Positions 1 through 13,190 of a stretch of DNA of 64,000 bases are shown here, one piece after another; positions within the stretch are counted from its first letter, which is position 1; each line of letters begins with the position of its first letter. The position numbers and the translations under genes are program-made. Source of the stretch: Eledone cirrhosa (taxonomy: Eukaryota); contig OZ024748.1 in the NCBI GenBank assembly GCA_964016885.1, positions 6,882,001-6,946,000 on the forward strand, read 5' to 3'. The notes beneath the pieces were generated by a model. The model did not search any database. It worked only from the letters and a program-made list of their open reading frames with translations, and was not told the DNA's origin.

Positions 1-89
1 AAGTCCATCTTGGCACGATCGTAAATCGCCACTGCCGTCTAATATGTATTTATGTCAACCTTTCACACTAAAAACCTTCAAAACTGGTG

Positions 90-137
90 GAAGAAGAAGA
101 AGAAGAAGAAGAAGAAGAAGAAGAAGAAGAAGAAGAA

Positions 138-210
<73 letters not shown>

Positions 211-211
211 C
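90..211. repeat. (GAA)n followed by (GAAA)n microsatellite
   Basis: Directly visible pure tandem arrays. Confidence 0.98.
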
Positions 212-318
212 AGACAGAATTACCGCCTGAACATCCGACGAGACTCATGCAAATTAAATACAGCATAACTTGAATCTTGAGGCTTAGCCCGATATGTTAG
301 CGGTATAGTGATGTGGTT

Positions 319-570
319 TAAGACACCGTACATACTTTGAAGCACTTCACCTACCACTACCTCTCATATTGTGGCTGTGGTAATATGATGTAAGACACTG
401 TACATACTTTAAACACCTCACCTGCCACTACCTTCCATATTGTGGCTGTGGTAATATGATGTAAGACACCGTACATACTTTAAACACCTCACCTGCCACT
501 ACCTTCCATATTGTCGCTCTGGTAATATGATGTAAGACACTGTACATAGTTTAAGCACCTCACCTGCTAC
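319..570. repeat. Minisatellite, ~71-bp unit, ~3.5 copies
   Basis: TAAGACAC(C/T)GTACATACTTT recurs at 319, 391, 462 and 533. Confidence 0.93.
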
Positions 571-766
571 CAGGTTCCTAAAGAGACCTATATAGACCCA
601 ACTTATATTTACTTATTCCATAGTTACTGCTAACTTAATTTTGATCTTTTTTGCTTTTACTTTTGTTTCCTTATTCTTTTTTGTCTTTCTTCCTTTCTTT
701 CCTTCTTTCTTTCTTTATTTATTTATTTATTTCTCTCTCTTTCTCTCCCCCTCTCTCTCTATCTCT

Positions 767-769
<3 letters not shown>

Positions 770-844
<75 letters not shown>

Positions 845-947
845 CCCTTTCTTATTTGATTCCTATCATTTTTGTTGACATTTTAAACTTAAGAATTCAT
901 CATTTATCAAATTTTCTTGACATGTCACTCTATGCTGTAATTATATT

Positions 948-992
<45 letters not shown>

Positions 993-993
993 A
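770..993. repeat. (TATC)n (770-845) and (GTA)n (948-993) microsatellites
   Basis: Directly visible. Confidence 0.95.
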
Positions 994-1333
994 GCATTTT
1001 CCTTATTACTGTTATTGTTGCTACTGCCCCTGCTGTTGCGGTTACATGTGGGTGGCCATGGTGACGTTTCAGTTGTTTTATCATTTTTTTAGTAAGTGTA
1101 GTTATTGTTGTTTTAGTACAGTAACTGTTTTATTTTTGTGGCGATAAGATGATGGTGGTCTTATTATTATTTTAGCGTGTGTTGTTGTTGTTGATGCTAT
1201 TGTTGTTTGTGTTGTTAGTTTCAAGAACATTAGCAAATGAATATACTACAGAATAGCTACATTTGAAGCAATGGTAAAACATGGGTTATAACAAATACAA
1301 CGACCTGGATTTGAAACCATATCTCTCCAGAAC

Positions 1334-1619
1334 CAGGGCCAGATTTAATGGAGGCAAAGGGGGGCAATTGTCTCAGACCCACCAGTGTCAGCCGTAGCAA
1401 TTTATTTGTACCCTCAGTTGAGCTTTTTTTAATTTTAGGATGGTTAGGATTTTTTTATTTAATATCTGTTTGCATAATTTTTCAATTCCAATTACATGCG
1501 CCAAGCTAACTTTGATATGTAAAATTGGGGGTTTGCTACGTATGCTATTTTTTTGTGTATAGCCCCCCCAAAAGAAAACTTCAAGTGCTCCGGCCTCCCA
1601 AGGTCTAAATTTAACCCTG
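1334..1619. mobile_element. hAT-type non-autonomous DNA transposon (MITE), degenerate
   Basis: The left end CAGGGCCAGATTTA and the right end TAAATTTAACCCTG match as inverted repeats at 11/14 positions. Flanking 8-mers TCCAGAAC (1326-1333) and AGCAGAAC (1620-1627) match 6/8, which fits an 8-bp hAT target-site duplication. Confidence 0.7.
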
Positions 1620-1949
1620 AGCAGAACCATAAAACTAATTCGAGATGTATTGTAATAAAAGTAAGATACCAATTGTTATTATCCTGTCCTCACGCCTCTA
1701 CATATTTACTTTGTATACAGCTAACTTTTAATGATTAAATTTCGGTTGAAAACAAAGTATTGCTTAAGAGAAAGGGGTATATGAACAGATATAGGGATGG
1801 ATAAAAGGGGAAATCAGACTTTATTGCTTAGAATGTGTCTAAAAGTAATCCAGAGACATAGAGACTAAATATATCCAGAGATCCAGAGACAGAGAGACTA
1901 AATATATGTTCATGAGAATATAATTGAATTATATATATATATATATATA

Positions 1950-1982
1950 CAGGGTGTGTATACATTTTGGGGGTACACCATA
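1950..1982. mobile_element. Internally deleted copy of the CAGGGTGTCCC mini-MITE
   Basis: TA|CAGGGTGT is fused to GTATACATTTTGGGG..CACC, matching the two ends of the 11922-11997 element. Confidence 0.5.
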
Positions 1983-2382
1983 TGTATTTCCGCAGTGAGA
2001 CAGCAATTGTTTTACTAAGTATATGTGGTATGCGTATAATTCTTATGGAATACGTTTTAGATATCCTAGACGTAGCAGATGTCGGTCTTATACAACGACG
2101 CACGTTAGTGCAACATCTGTTGCAATAAACTCTGTTATTCATCCATTTTTACACGTTATGGTTATGTTACATTCTGTGTGGAAAGAATGTTCCAAAGACA
2201 GGAAACTAAGCTAAGCTCAGTAGTGTTCCTTTATAGATTCGTCTTGGTGGTCTGTTATGACGCTGATCGTTAAATTTTTGCTTGAAGCGCCATGAATCTA
2301 ACGATATCCTTGATATCAGCTGCATTGTTATGTCCATTAATGAAACACATACACGGGGTGTATAGTATATATCTCTGTATAT

Positions 2383-2476
<94 letters not shown>

Positions 2477-2529
2477 GATAGGAATACGATATATATATAT
2501 ATATATTTATTATATATATATTTAATATA

Positions 2530-2564
<35 letters not shown>

Positions 2565-2574
2565 TATAAATATA

Positions 2575-2759
2575 TAATTGTTTCTACTTTTGGCACAAGG
2601 CCAGCAAATTACCCAGCGCATTACTGGTACTTTATTTTATCGACCCCGAAAGGATGAAAGGCAAAGTTAACCTCGGCGGGATTTGAACTCAGAATGGCAC
2701 GGGCCGTAACTCTATGCGTCAAAGCATGGCGTCTGACGCTCTACCGATACTGCCACCCG
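2575..2759 (-). mobile_element. tRNA-derived SINE (octopod-type), full length
   Basis: The minus strand has A-box TGGCAGTATCGG, B-box GAGTTCAAATCC, the core GCCTTTCATCCTTTCGGGGTCGATAAAATAAAGTACCAG and a 3' end GTAGAAACAATTAT. Many copies occur in the window. Confidence 0.9.
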
Positions 2760-2903
2760 ATGGCTGAGCTATTGCACTTCCGACGACAGGAGTTCAACTG
2801 TATGTCAGTAACTCATTTACAACATTTTCACGCTACTTTTTTAATGTCTCATCGAGAAATAAACTGAACAATGACATTCCTAGTGTAAAAATGTTAACTC
2901 CTA

Positions 2904-3095
<192 letters not shown>

Positions 3096-4042
3096 TAGTG
3101 TTGTGTATTTCAGTGTGTGTTTGTGTGGTGTAGCATATACACATATATATATATATATGTGTTTGTGTGGTGTACCATACATACACATACATATATATAA
3201 TTGTCCATGGTCTGAAAGCGATGTCATGGAGTCCATGTGAAACACATGTTTAACAGTGCAGTTTGTTAAGGTCTACCATAAAACCCGTGAGTTGATTCTT
3301 CAGATTCTCCCATGATAATAGAAATAAGGAGGGGTTGGTAAGATATGTTATAAAGTTACAACTTAAGACTAATCTTTTGTCTATACAAACATTTCTGACC
3401 AGCTGATAAACAAGGCAAGCCACTTGTTATTGTTTATAAACAATAGTAAACCTGAGAACTGTATACTAACATGTGTTAGTATTATAAGGAGGAGTTCCTC
3501 GGCTGAAACATATGTTTATCTTGTGAGTTTTTAAACTATATTGAACGAAACGATGCTTAATTTGGGCAATGTGTCGATAGTTTAGTGTTAACATACCGAA
3601 ACAAAACAATGTATCAAGTTTGAAATTTCCCCCTTTTTTTATAATATTTTACTATTGCGTGATTTTATTCTTGTTTTTTTTTTTTTTGTGTGTTTTTTTT
3701 TATTTATTTATTTCATTATTTACTTACCTCAAGCACAGAAATAAACCCATTAAAATACGAGGGTTACTCAGATGGGAAAATGACAAAACAGAGAGAACAT
3801 AATTCAAGGAAATAGATGACGATTGGTGTTACTTTTCAATTTCTGCAGATCGTAATTCTCAGGAAAGCAAGAATCCGGAAGAGAATTCCATGGGCGAAAT
3901 GTGCGAGGGAAAAAAGCTATCATTTTGTTGTTTTTTATGGGACAGTTGGTAGGCCAATCATTACGATATCCAACGAAATGCTTTGCAACTGTACCCTCTG
4001 AATTCAGATCTAGATGAGATTAGTTGTTAATCTTTACTGAAT

Positions 4043-4140
4043 CAATAAATTAAATTAAGTACCAGTGAAGTATTGGGGTCGATTTAATCGATTTTATCTT
4101 CTACTACTCATTTCTCCGGACATGGCAAACAAATATTAAA
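4043..4140 (+). mobile_element. Degenerate 3' fragment of the long SINE variant
   Basis: AAGTACCAGTGAAGTATTGGGGTCGATTTAATCGA matches 11280-11312. Confidence 0.6.
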
Positions 4141-4265
4141 CAGATGGCGGACATCCAGAATCTCTTTCAGCATTTGCCCTTGCCGAAGGTAATATGGTGC
4201 AAGACGTGAACTCAGGCCCATACATCAGAATTGATGCAGTAAAAAACCTGTTACACCATTACTCA

Positions 4266-4563
<298 letters not shown>

Positions 4564-4945
4564 TATATAGATATTTGATAAAGTGCGAAACCCGAATGAA
4601 AATGAAGTGAGATATGTGTTAGATAATAAATTCAACCACGAACTAGATTAATGCGACATTGAGTTCCCATTAAATTTTTCAATTCATTTGTTCTGCTATC
4701 TAAGCATGAGGTACTTTCAGGAAGGAGTGAGAGAATAGGAGGGCTAGAGGGGATTCAGCGTAAGAATTGGAGGAAGAAACGTGATATGAGAGAGAAGGGA
4801 GATAAATGTGGTAGGAACGCGGGTGGACTTTAACATAGAGCTGAAGGAAGCTGTGATGGAAAGAGAAAAGAAAATGTGTATTATTGTATTATATTTTGAC
4901 AGATGGCTCTGTGTATATATATATATTAATATATATATATATATA

Positions 4946-4990
<45 letters not shown>

Positions 4991-5444
4991 AAATATAATA
5001 TATATATATATATATATTACATCGATAAAACAGAGAAATATAAAATGAAATCCATTGGACTGAAACTTCAAAATAATAGAAAAATTAAACGCACATCGTA
5101 TATATGTCTATATGACTATAAATGTATATATATATATACATATATATATATATACACACTCGTGAGTACGCACACACACACATCGCACTCACCAACATAC
5201 TCACCAACATACAGACACACAATACACATATATGAAAAAATACTTTGTCTTTTTTTGTAAACTATTTTTAGAGAAATGTAATTATTTTCTAAAATAACAG
5301 AAATAATTCAATATATTTCTGTTTGTGAAACTGACATTTTCAAAATCTTATCAGTTATCTTATTTTATTCATTTATCGATCTAAATCATTTTAGATATTG
5401 TTTTTGAATAGTTTCCAATTTGTCAGCAATTCCTAACGAAACTT

Positions 5445-5856
5445 ATTCTCGGGACCCAAATATTAGGGTTGAGGCTTGGAGTAAACGGGACGTTGGAATA
5501 AATGGGGGAGTTAGAATAAGCAGGAATGTGTGAATAAGTGGGTTGTGGTGGAAAATTGGCAATTTGTTTAGGTTGTCTCCGCTGTTTGTTTATTTAAAAA
5601 CCAGAATTAGTCGTTTAATTTACACATTGAGACCCCAACTCATCCTATTTATCTTATAATGTATGGGATTTCTAATAATGTATTTTCTTGGTCATAATGT
5701 TTTTGTATAATGCTTTTTTAATGTATGAAGAAAATTAATTGTTACAGGAATGCTACAAATTAAAATAAAATTTCGCCGGAGATAGATTAGCAAAATTTAA
5801 TAAGGTGGCGTGGAATAAGAGCGGGGGAGTGTAAAAGAGCCGGATGGGGACGCTTA
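5445..5856. mobile_element. Possible old DNA-transposon (MITE) relic
   Basis: GGAATAA(G) motifs with G-runs recur near both ends. The termini are too degraded to pair confidently. Confidence 0.3.
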
Positions 5857-5870
5857 TGTATGTATATATC

Positions 5871-5948
<78 letters not shown>

Positions 5949-5952
5949 TGTC

Positions 5953-5987
<35 letters not shown>

Positions 5988-6003
5988 ATATATATATATA
6001 TGA

Positions 6004-6064
<61 letters not shown>

Positions 6065-6803
6065 CATATATACATTCATATTTATATATATATATTTGTT
6101 TGCTTTGCAAAACTATTGGTGTGAAATCGGGTATTCAACCAGATATTATTATATGTTTGGATGCAATAATAAAAACAAACAAACATTATTTGCTGAATTT
6201 AAGTGGATGTGTCTAAATGTCATAACTTTCGTTCCTTAATCCTCCATTTCACTACATGCCTTTATTCAGATATTTATTTAATTTATGTCGTATGCTTTAG
6301 TTTTTTTGTTGTTTTTTCATTCGTTCGTTTCCGCCCTTTAGAATTCTATATTTAACCTTTTGGCGACTACGAACATATTCCACGATTTAAATGTGACAAT
6401 TGTCATATTTGATATAACAGGGTAACACCAGTGTTAGTTATTTCACCGCATTCCTTTACAATGTCTCAGTTAAAAAAAATAGGCAAAGATAACTTCATCC
6501 GGAAAGCGATTCTAAAGGGAGATAATCTGACTCATTTGTGCTTACGTCCATTTTTTTTCACGAGAAATCTCTGCTAACTTCTACTAATGTAAAATGACCA
6601 GAAAGGAAAGAACACATAAGGTATTTTGTTACCTTAAAGACATACGCTTCGTCTCTCTGCTTACAGAATATATTTATGTTCGGATTTCATTTTTTGTTGG
6701 TTTGTTCTTGTGTTGCCTGATGTTTATAATGTCTGAGTTCCCTTTTGTCATGATAATTAGAATATAAATACGGTTATCTAAAATATATAAACACACAGAC
6801 ACA

Positions 6804-6858
<55 letters not shown>

Positions 6859-7063
6859 CGAGTGAGAAAGAAAGGCTCATATGTGAAAAGTTTAGCGATT
6901 ATCAAACCGGATATATGCTGTCACCGTTATAAAACAACGAATTCGGTTGTGGTTGTTGTTACTGTTGATGTAACTTGTGTTAATGATGATAACAATGATA
7001 TTAATAATAATAATGAGACAAACCATTTTTTTTCGAATACCAGTATGTAAATATATATACATA

Positions 7064-7143
<80 letters not shown>

Positions 7144-7548
7144 TATACACATACATATATATACTAGCATATATTTCATGTAATCTTGTATAGACATGGA
7201 TGAGTGGATAGTAATATTAGAAGAAATTTATACCCTATTGAGCTATGATGACAAATGTTTGCACGTTTTATTCAATATTCATACACAAAACATACATTTA
7301 CCATAAACATCATAATGTTATTGTTTTCTTCTGTTGTGTATATAGTATATATATATATATATATATTTAATTTTGAAAAAATACATGGTGAAATGTTCAC
7401 TTAAAAACATTACAAAAAGTTATCTAAAATATATAAAAAATTGAGAAAAAGATACAGCCCGGTGTCTCATATATTTCTATAACCGGGAAGATGTGATAAA
7501 CATTTCTGTAAAGATTTTGATACAATTGATGCAATGTATGTCGATTGC

Positions 7549-7582
<34 letters not shown>

Positions 7583-7588
<6 letters not shown>

Positions 7589-7822
7589 TGCCAAGCCATG
7601 CTGACAGGAACCCTGTCAGCATGGCTTGGCAAGATATTTAGAAGGCTGGTTTGAGACCTTTATTTCCCTCTGAAGAAGAGATATTATCTCGAAAATTAAG
7701 GACATTTAAATAAATCTAAGGTAAAAGACGATTTGTCAACAATATCTTTTGCAATTGCATTCTTTTTTCTATGTCCATACCTGCATTGTTTTGGCTTTAT
7801 TATACATATTCAAACGTTTATA

Positions 7823-7826
<4 letters not shown>
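7583..7826 (+). mobile_element. PLE-terminus-like insert in (TA)n with a perfect 5' hairpin and hammerhead motif
   Basis: Perfect 26-bp stem 7583-7608/7612-7637 with loop AAC. Hammerhead motif at 7667-7701. (TA)n lies on both sides. Confidence 0.65.
7667..7701 (+). ncRNA. Minimal type I hammerhead ribozyme motif
   Basis: CCT-CTGAAGA-A-GAGAT att ATCTC-GAAA-AT-TA-AGG. Stem I (CCT/AGG) is only 3 bp and stem III is vestigial. Confidence 0.55.
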
Positions 7827-7882
<56 letters not shown>

Positions 7883-7894
7883 ATATTTATATAT

Positions 7895-8960
7895 GATTCT
7901 GTGGACCGTTACTGCCTGATGAAGATTTTACAGGCTTATGGAATCCTCAAGAGGATAGTGGAACTGATATTACTGCTCTACACCAACACCAAAGCCCAAG
8001 TCATTACACCTGATGGGATGACAGAGTTCTTTGAGATACTGGCTGGAGTGCTCCAGGGAGATACATTGGCTCCCTACCTTTTTATCATCGTAGTGGACTA
8101 TTGTATGCGCCTTGCACTGGAGAAACACCAGGACTCTGGCTTTACTGTAGCACCGGCTCAGAGCAGGAGAGTTAAGGCGAAAAAGGTATCAGATGCTGAT
8201 TTTGCCGACGACATAGTTTTGGTGACAAATACAGTGAAGGAGGCAGAGGATTTGATGCGGGGCGTTGAGACTGTGTCGATGAGTGTGGGGCTGAGAATGA
8301 ATGAGAATAAAACAAAATATCTGGTAGAGAATGTTGAGAAGTCAGAGGGGATCACTAATGTAGGCGGGAAGCCGCTAGAATTGGTTTAGGACTTCCTGTA
8401 TTTGGGAGCAAAGATTGGGAATACGGAAGATGATGTGGTTGAGAGGAAGAGCAAGGCCTGGGCGGCGTGTCACAGCTTGAGATCGGTGTGGAAGTCGGAC
8501 CTTCGTAGAGACCTGAAAATCCGCCTCTTCATTGCTGTAGTGGAGTCTGTGCTGCTGTATGGGTCTGAGACTTGGACACTGACCAAGAGACTCACTCAGA
8601 TGGTGGATGGGTGCTACACGAGAATGCTGGGGATGGCTCTGAACATTAATCAGTATACACTGAGGTTGAAAAATTCAGAGCTGTATGGGAGCATCCCAAA
8701 AGTCAGCTCAAAAGTGACACAGAGGAGACTGAGGTTGGCTGGACATGCTCACCGACATCCAGAGTTGACATTGCACTCAGTGCTCCTTTGGGAGCCCCTA
8801 CATGGACACACTAGAAGAGGAAGACCAAGGTTAACATATGTTGATGCCTTAAGGACAGACACTGGTCTGTTGGAGATGCAGGATATGGCAGCGATAATGA
8901 GGGACAGAGACCGCTGGAGAGAACTCGTCCATGGATCTCGGGAATTTTACCCGCCGCCTT

Positions 8961-8962
<2 letters not shown>
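7895..8962 (+). mobile_element. RTE-clade LINE, 5'-truncated reverse transcriptase plus C-terminus; single in-frame TAG at 8387-8389
   Basis: Motifs GVLQGDTLAPYLF, DFADDI, GLRMNENKTK, (*)DFLYLG, VESVLLYGSETWTLT, RRLRLAGH and RRGRPRLTY. ORFs 7733-8389 and 8402-8962 are in the same frame. The first ~54 aa of the listed ORF come from flank and microsatellite. Confidence 0.95.
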
Positions 8963-9015
<53 letters not shown>

Positions 9016-9079
9016 TATAGATATATAATTACAATCGACATTCATTGCATCAATTGTCTCAAAATCTTTATATATATAT

Positions 9080-9202
9080 AACGAAGGAAATGTGGTAAGG
9101 AACCAGGTGGACCATAACGCACCAGAGTACTCAATACTTAGGGTAGTAGAGTGTGTAATAGAAATAGCCGTTGAAACGGCTTTTGCTCTGCAGTCGGGGT
9201 TA

Positions 9203-9205
<3 letters not shown>
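9080..9205. mobile_element. Family F1 copy (minus) joined to an inverted 5' segment
   Basis: 9080-9163 is the reverse complement of the F1 3' half. It continues into the plus-strand GAAATAGCCGTTGAAACGGC segment. Confidence 0.8.
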
Positions 9206-9241
<36 letters not shown>

Positions 9242-9274
9242 TATATGTATATATGTATACACACACACACACAA

Positions 9275-9355
<81 letters not shown>

Positions 9356-9662
9356 ATTATATACATAAATGTGCGTTATTCAATCCAACTTACATACATA
9401 TAGCTATATAGAGCTCTGTCTCAGCCAACACAAACCTCCCCATGTGAAGTCATATTTAAGCTAAATACAGAAAGTTACATACATGTGCCTATACTTGGAA
9501 GGGGTGACTCCCCCTCCCCTCTCTCTCTTACTCACTCTCTTTCTCTCTCTCTTACTCTATCTCTCTCTTTCTCCCACTCTCTCACATTCTCTCTCCCCAT
9601 ATCATTCTCTCTCTCCTCTCTCTCGAATGTGTATCTAAATCTGATCATTATTACATGAATAG

Positions 9663-9768
<106 letters not shown>

Positions 9769-9769
9769 C

Positions 9770-9825
<56 letters not shown>

Positions 9826-11147
9826 ATGTGTGCATACGTATATATATATATACATAGATATATATACAGAGAGAAAGGGAGAGAGAGATATGTATATATA
9901 TATATATATATATATACAAATATCAGGGCACTTTTCCTAATGAATCTTATCGGCTATCTAGCACAAACATACATACACCCACAAACACACACAACACACA
10001 ATATTCTCTTTTTCTTTCCTTTGTCCCTTACATTTTATATTCTGCCTATCATTTTGCTATTTGCTTCTCTTTTGTTAGTGCTCTATATCCTCATCACCCA
10101 CTGCCTGTACTACGGACGCTACTAGGGGCAACGTCTATGGACTAAGAAGCACGTTTCTTTGTTAATCTCAAGCGAACTCTTGGAATTAATTGTACATATC
10201 AGCTGAATTCTTATCTCGGTATCTGAACAGTCTACGTCTGCACAAATCAACTAACACCAATAAAATAATAAAATAATATACACACATGCATCTCCTCATA
10301 TATATACGTGTACGTATGCATTTGTTTCTAAGCGTGAAGCTTACTTCCAGATTTATTTACAAACGCACTCATATCTATCAAGGGGAAAAAGTCATTATAC
10401 ATATATATATATATATAGACGTATAGTTTTAACGATATTTCTCCTACCAATGAACGAGGCCTGCGGAAGAAGGGGGCCCTAAAAAAGTATAAATGGATAG
10501 AAAATATTCAACAGACATCTGGAATTGTTTCAAAGCTGAAACAATACATATGGTAAATTATATGAGTTCGTTAAAGTAAATATACAAATTTAGTCATGTG
10601 TTTAGTTAACCCCAGTAGATAAGACAGAATATTTGGGGATCCTATAAAGATATATATATATACTCCTTTATAAATCTTTGTAAAATTACATAAAGTGAGA
10701 TGATAAAATCTGAAGTCCTCTAATAAAGTACTTAAATGTATCTGGGTCAAAGAAACCCCGAAACGTTAGATTTCTCTTCTCAACACTACGTGATATGTAT
10801 TGAGGAATGTGTATGTCTTACAGAGCACCACAAACACAGTCTTTATGTAAGACACCAAACAGATTGTTGCTGCTCATCCGCCTGTTAATGATACCAACAG
10901 ACGAAAGATGTAGATATAGCACTGAAACAAGTAGATATAGCACTGAAGCAGTAATATCAATATCCCCAGACGTAAATATACTTCAGGGTGATGCTGTTTG
11001 TCCGGTCGTTAAAACGTTGACTATATTGAGTATGTTTACATCATGAAGTTTCTAACCAGGAACTTCTGAAAGGTAGGTTGCCAGCGGTTACATGGCTTCG
11101 TACGCGTCCTCCTCACTTATATTAGCCATCAATATATACAAACATCA

Positions 11148-11370
11148 GGGTGATGGATTGGCAGTATCGATAGAGGGTCGGACAACATACTTTATGGCGT
11201 GGGTTATACCTCTTTACGATTTGATTTCAAATCCTGCCGAGGTTAGATTTGCCATTCATCCTAAAATCAATAAAATAACGTACCAGTAATGTATTGGGGT
11301 CAATTTAATCGACCCCCCCCCCCCCACACACACACAATTATTAGCCTTGTTCCTGAATCAGAAACCAATA
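11148..11370 (+). mobile_element. tRNA-derived SINE, long older variant
   Basis: GGATTGGCAGTATCG head, TTCAAATCC B-box and an extra GGGGTCAATTTAATCGAC segment. Confidence 0.85.
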
Positions 11371-11537
11371 TATATATATATATAAATATAATTATATATA
11401 TATATATTAATTAAAGTTTAAGCAAAGAATCGCTGCTTTAACCCTTAACGCAATCTTCTGAGTTTCTTATATATTTGATATATATTTATCCTTATCGAGC
11501 CCTCTTTGGATTTTAGTCTTCGCATTTATTATTATTA

Positions 11538-11580
<43 letters not shown>

Positions 11581-11921
11581 TACATTCCCGTGAAATTCTC
11601 GAGGGACGGGAACAGTGTACGTTCTTCAACTTCTCTTTAAAATGACCTGACTTTAACCATATACGACGTGTCGATATATTTGCCCTGCTATTACAACTGT
11701 AGAATCGGTAATATCGTTCTTGGACCTCATTCCACTGGGTGGCTGATTACTAAAACCTTTAAGGAACAAAAGAAAACATAATGAGGAAATGCAGCGAGTA
11801 TAGAAAAAGAAATCGCTGATAACACGCTGTGAAATAACGATTATACGAGAAATAAGATATTCTTATAAATACGTGGAAAAATTTGTTATTCAAAGATATT
11901 CAGTTTTAAATTCATTATATA

Positions 11922-11997
11922 CAGGGTGTCCCTAAAAATGTATACACACTTCAATAGCATTCTAATCAAAGTGTGTATACATTTTTGGGACACCCTG
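11922..11997. mobile_element. Tc1/mariner-type mini-MITE, 76 bp
   Basis: ~30-bp terminal inverted repeats CAGGGTGTCCCTAAAAATGTATACACACTT / AAGTGTGTATACATTTTTGGGACACCCTG, with TA on the left flank. Sister copies at 46003 and 62572. Confidence 0.85.
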
Positions 11998-12327
11998 TTT
12001 ATATATATATATATATGTGTATGTTTTTGTGTGTGTGTATGTGTCTGTGTTTGTGTGTGTGTCTGTGCGTGTCTGTGTTTGTTTATTATTTGTGTTATTT
12101 GGTGGTGGTGGTGGTGGTGGCGGTAGTAGTGGTGGTAGTGATGGTAGTGGTGGTGGTGTGATGGTGGTGATGGCGGCAGACATTAAATGAAGTTATTTCA
12201 TTAATATAAAATCTGTTTTTACTTTTCACAAACATCTGGATTAAAAGAGTTTTTGCAGAGAGGAAGAGAAAGTCAGCTTCAAACGACATTTAGTAGTAAC
12301 CCATGCATGTCAAAGAAAATAAGAAAG

Positions 12328-12371
<44 letters not shown>

Positions 12372-12515
12372 ACGTATATAATATATATATGTGTGTACGT
12401 ATATATACATATATATTCCTCTACACACAAACACACACATATGTATACATTTAACATGCATATATATATATATATACTTCTCCACACACACACATATATA
12501 TACATTAAACATGTA

Positions 12516-12580
<65 letters not shown>

Positions 12581-12794
12581 GTGTGTGTGCGTGTGCGTGT
12601 GTGTGTGCGTGTGTGTGTGTGTGTTATGTGTATAATGTATATATTCACATACTTGCAGCGCTATATAATTCCCTTATAATCAGTTTTGACTGCAAACATA
12701 ATCTTTTTTTCGGGGAAATATGTTTTGTTTTTCTAATTATCCATGAAGCATTAAAGAAGAGGGTGTGGTGGCCAAGTGGAATGAAAACATGCGC

Positions 12795-13190
12795 AGTGTG
12801 GGTGTTTATATAGTAGTATGTAGCATAGTATAGTGTGGTGTAGTTTGGTGTAGTGTGGTGCGTGGGTGTAGCATATAGTAGTATATAGTGATGTGGTGTG
12901 GTGTGATATTGTGTGGTATAGTGGAGTATAGAGTGGTGTGGTGTAGTTTAGAGTGATGTGGAGAGGTACGGTGTGTTGTGATGTAGAGTGGTGTGGTGTC
13001 ATGTACTGTAGTGGTTTTTTGGAGGGGTGTGTTCTGATATAGTGTGGTATAATGTGGTATGGTGTGGTGCTATATTATATTGTAGTATAGTGTATTGTGG
13101 AATGGTGTGGTGTGAGGTTATGCAGTCTAGTGTGGTATGGTGTGGTGCAATATGGTGCAGTGTGGTACAGTGTCGTGTGGTGATTAGATG
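12795..13190. repeat. Degenerate 5-bp (GTGTG/GTATA/GTGGT) satellite
   Basis: 5-bp periodicity is visible throughout. Confidence 0.85.

Noticed and set aside
319-570. Regularly spaced repeats (also 53327-53442 and 59210-59312) as a CRISPR array
   Set aside because: The units are contiguous with no unique spacers, there are no cas genes, and the context is eukaryotic.
3210-3518. Hammerhead-like remnants GAAA-CACATG-TT (3239) and GAAA-CATATG-TT (3505) preceded by hairpins
   Set aside because: No intact CTGANGA or stem I. Possibly decayed members, but not supportable.
8387-8389. Programmed readthrough or selenocysteine in the RTE ORF
   Set aside because: The codon is TAG, not TGA, in a truncated copy. 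A simple nonsense mutation is sufficient.
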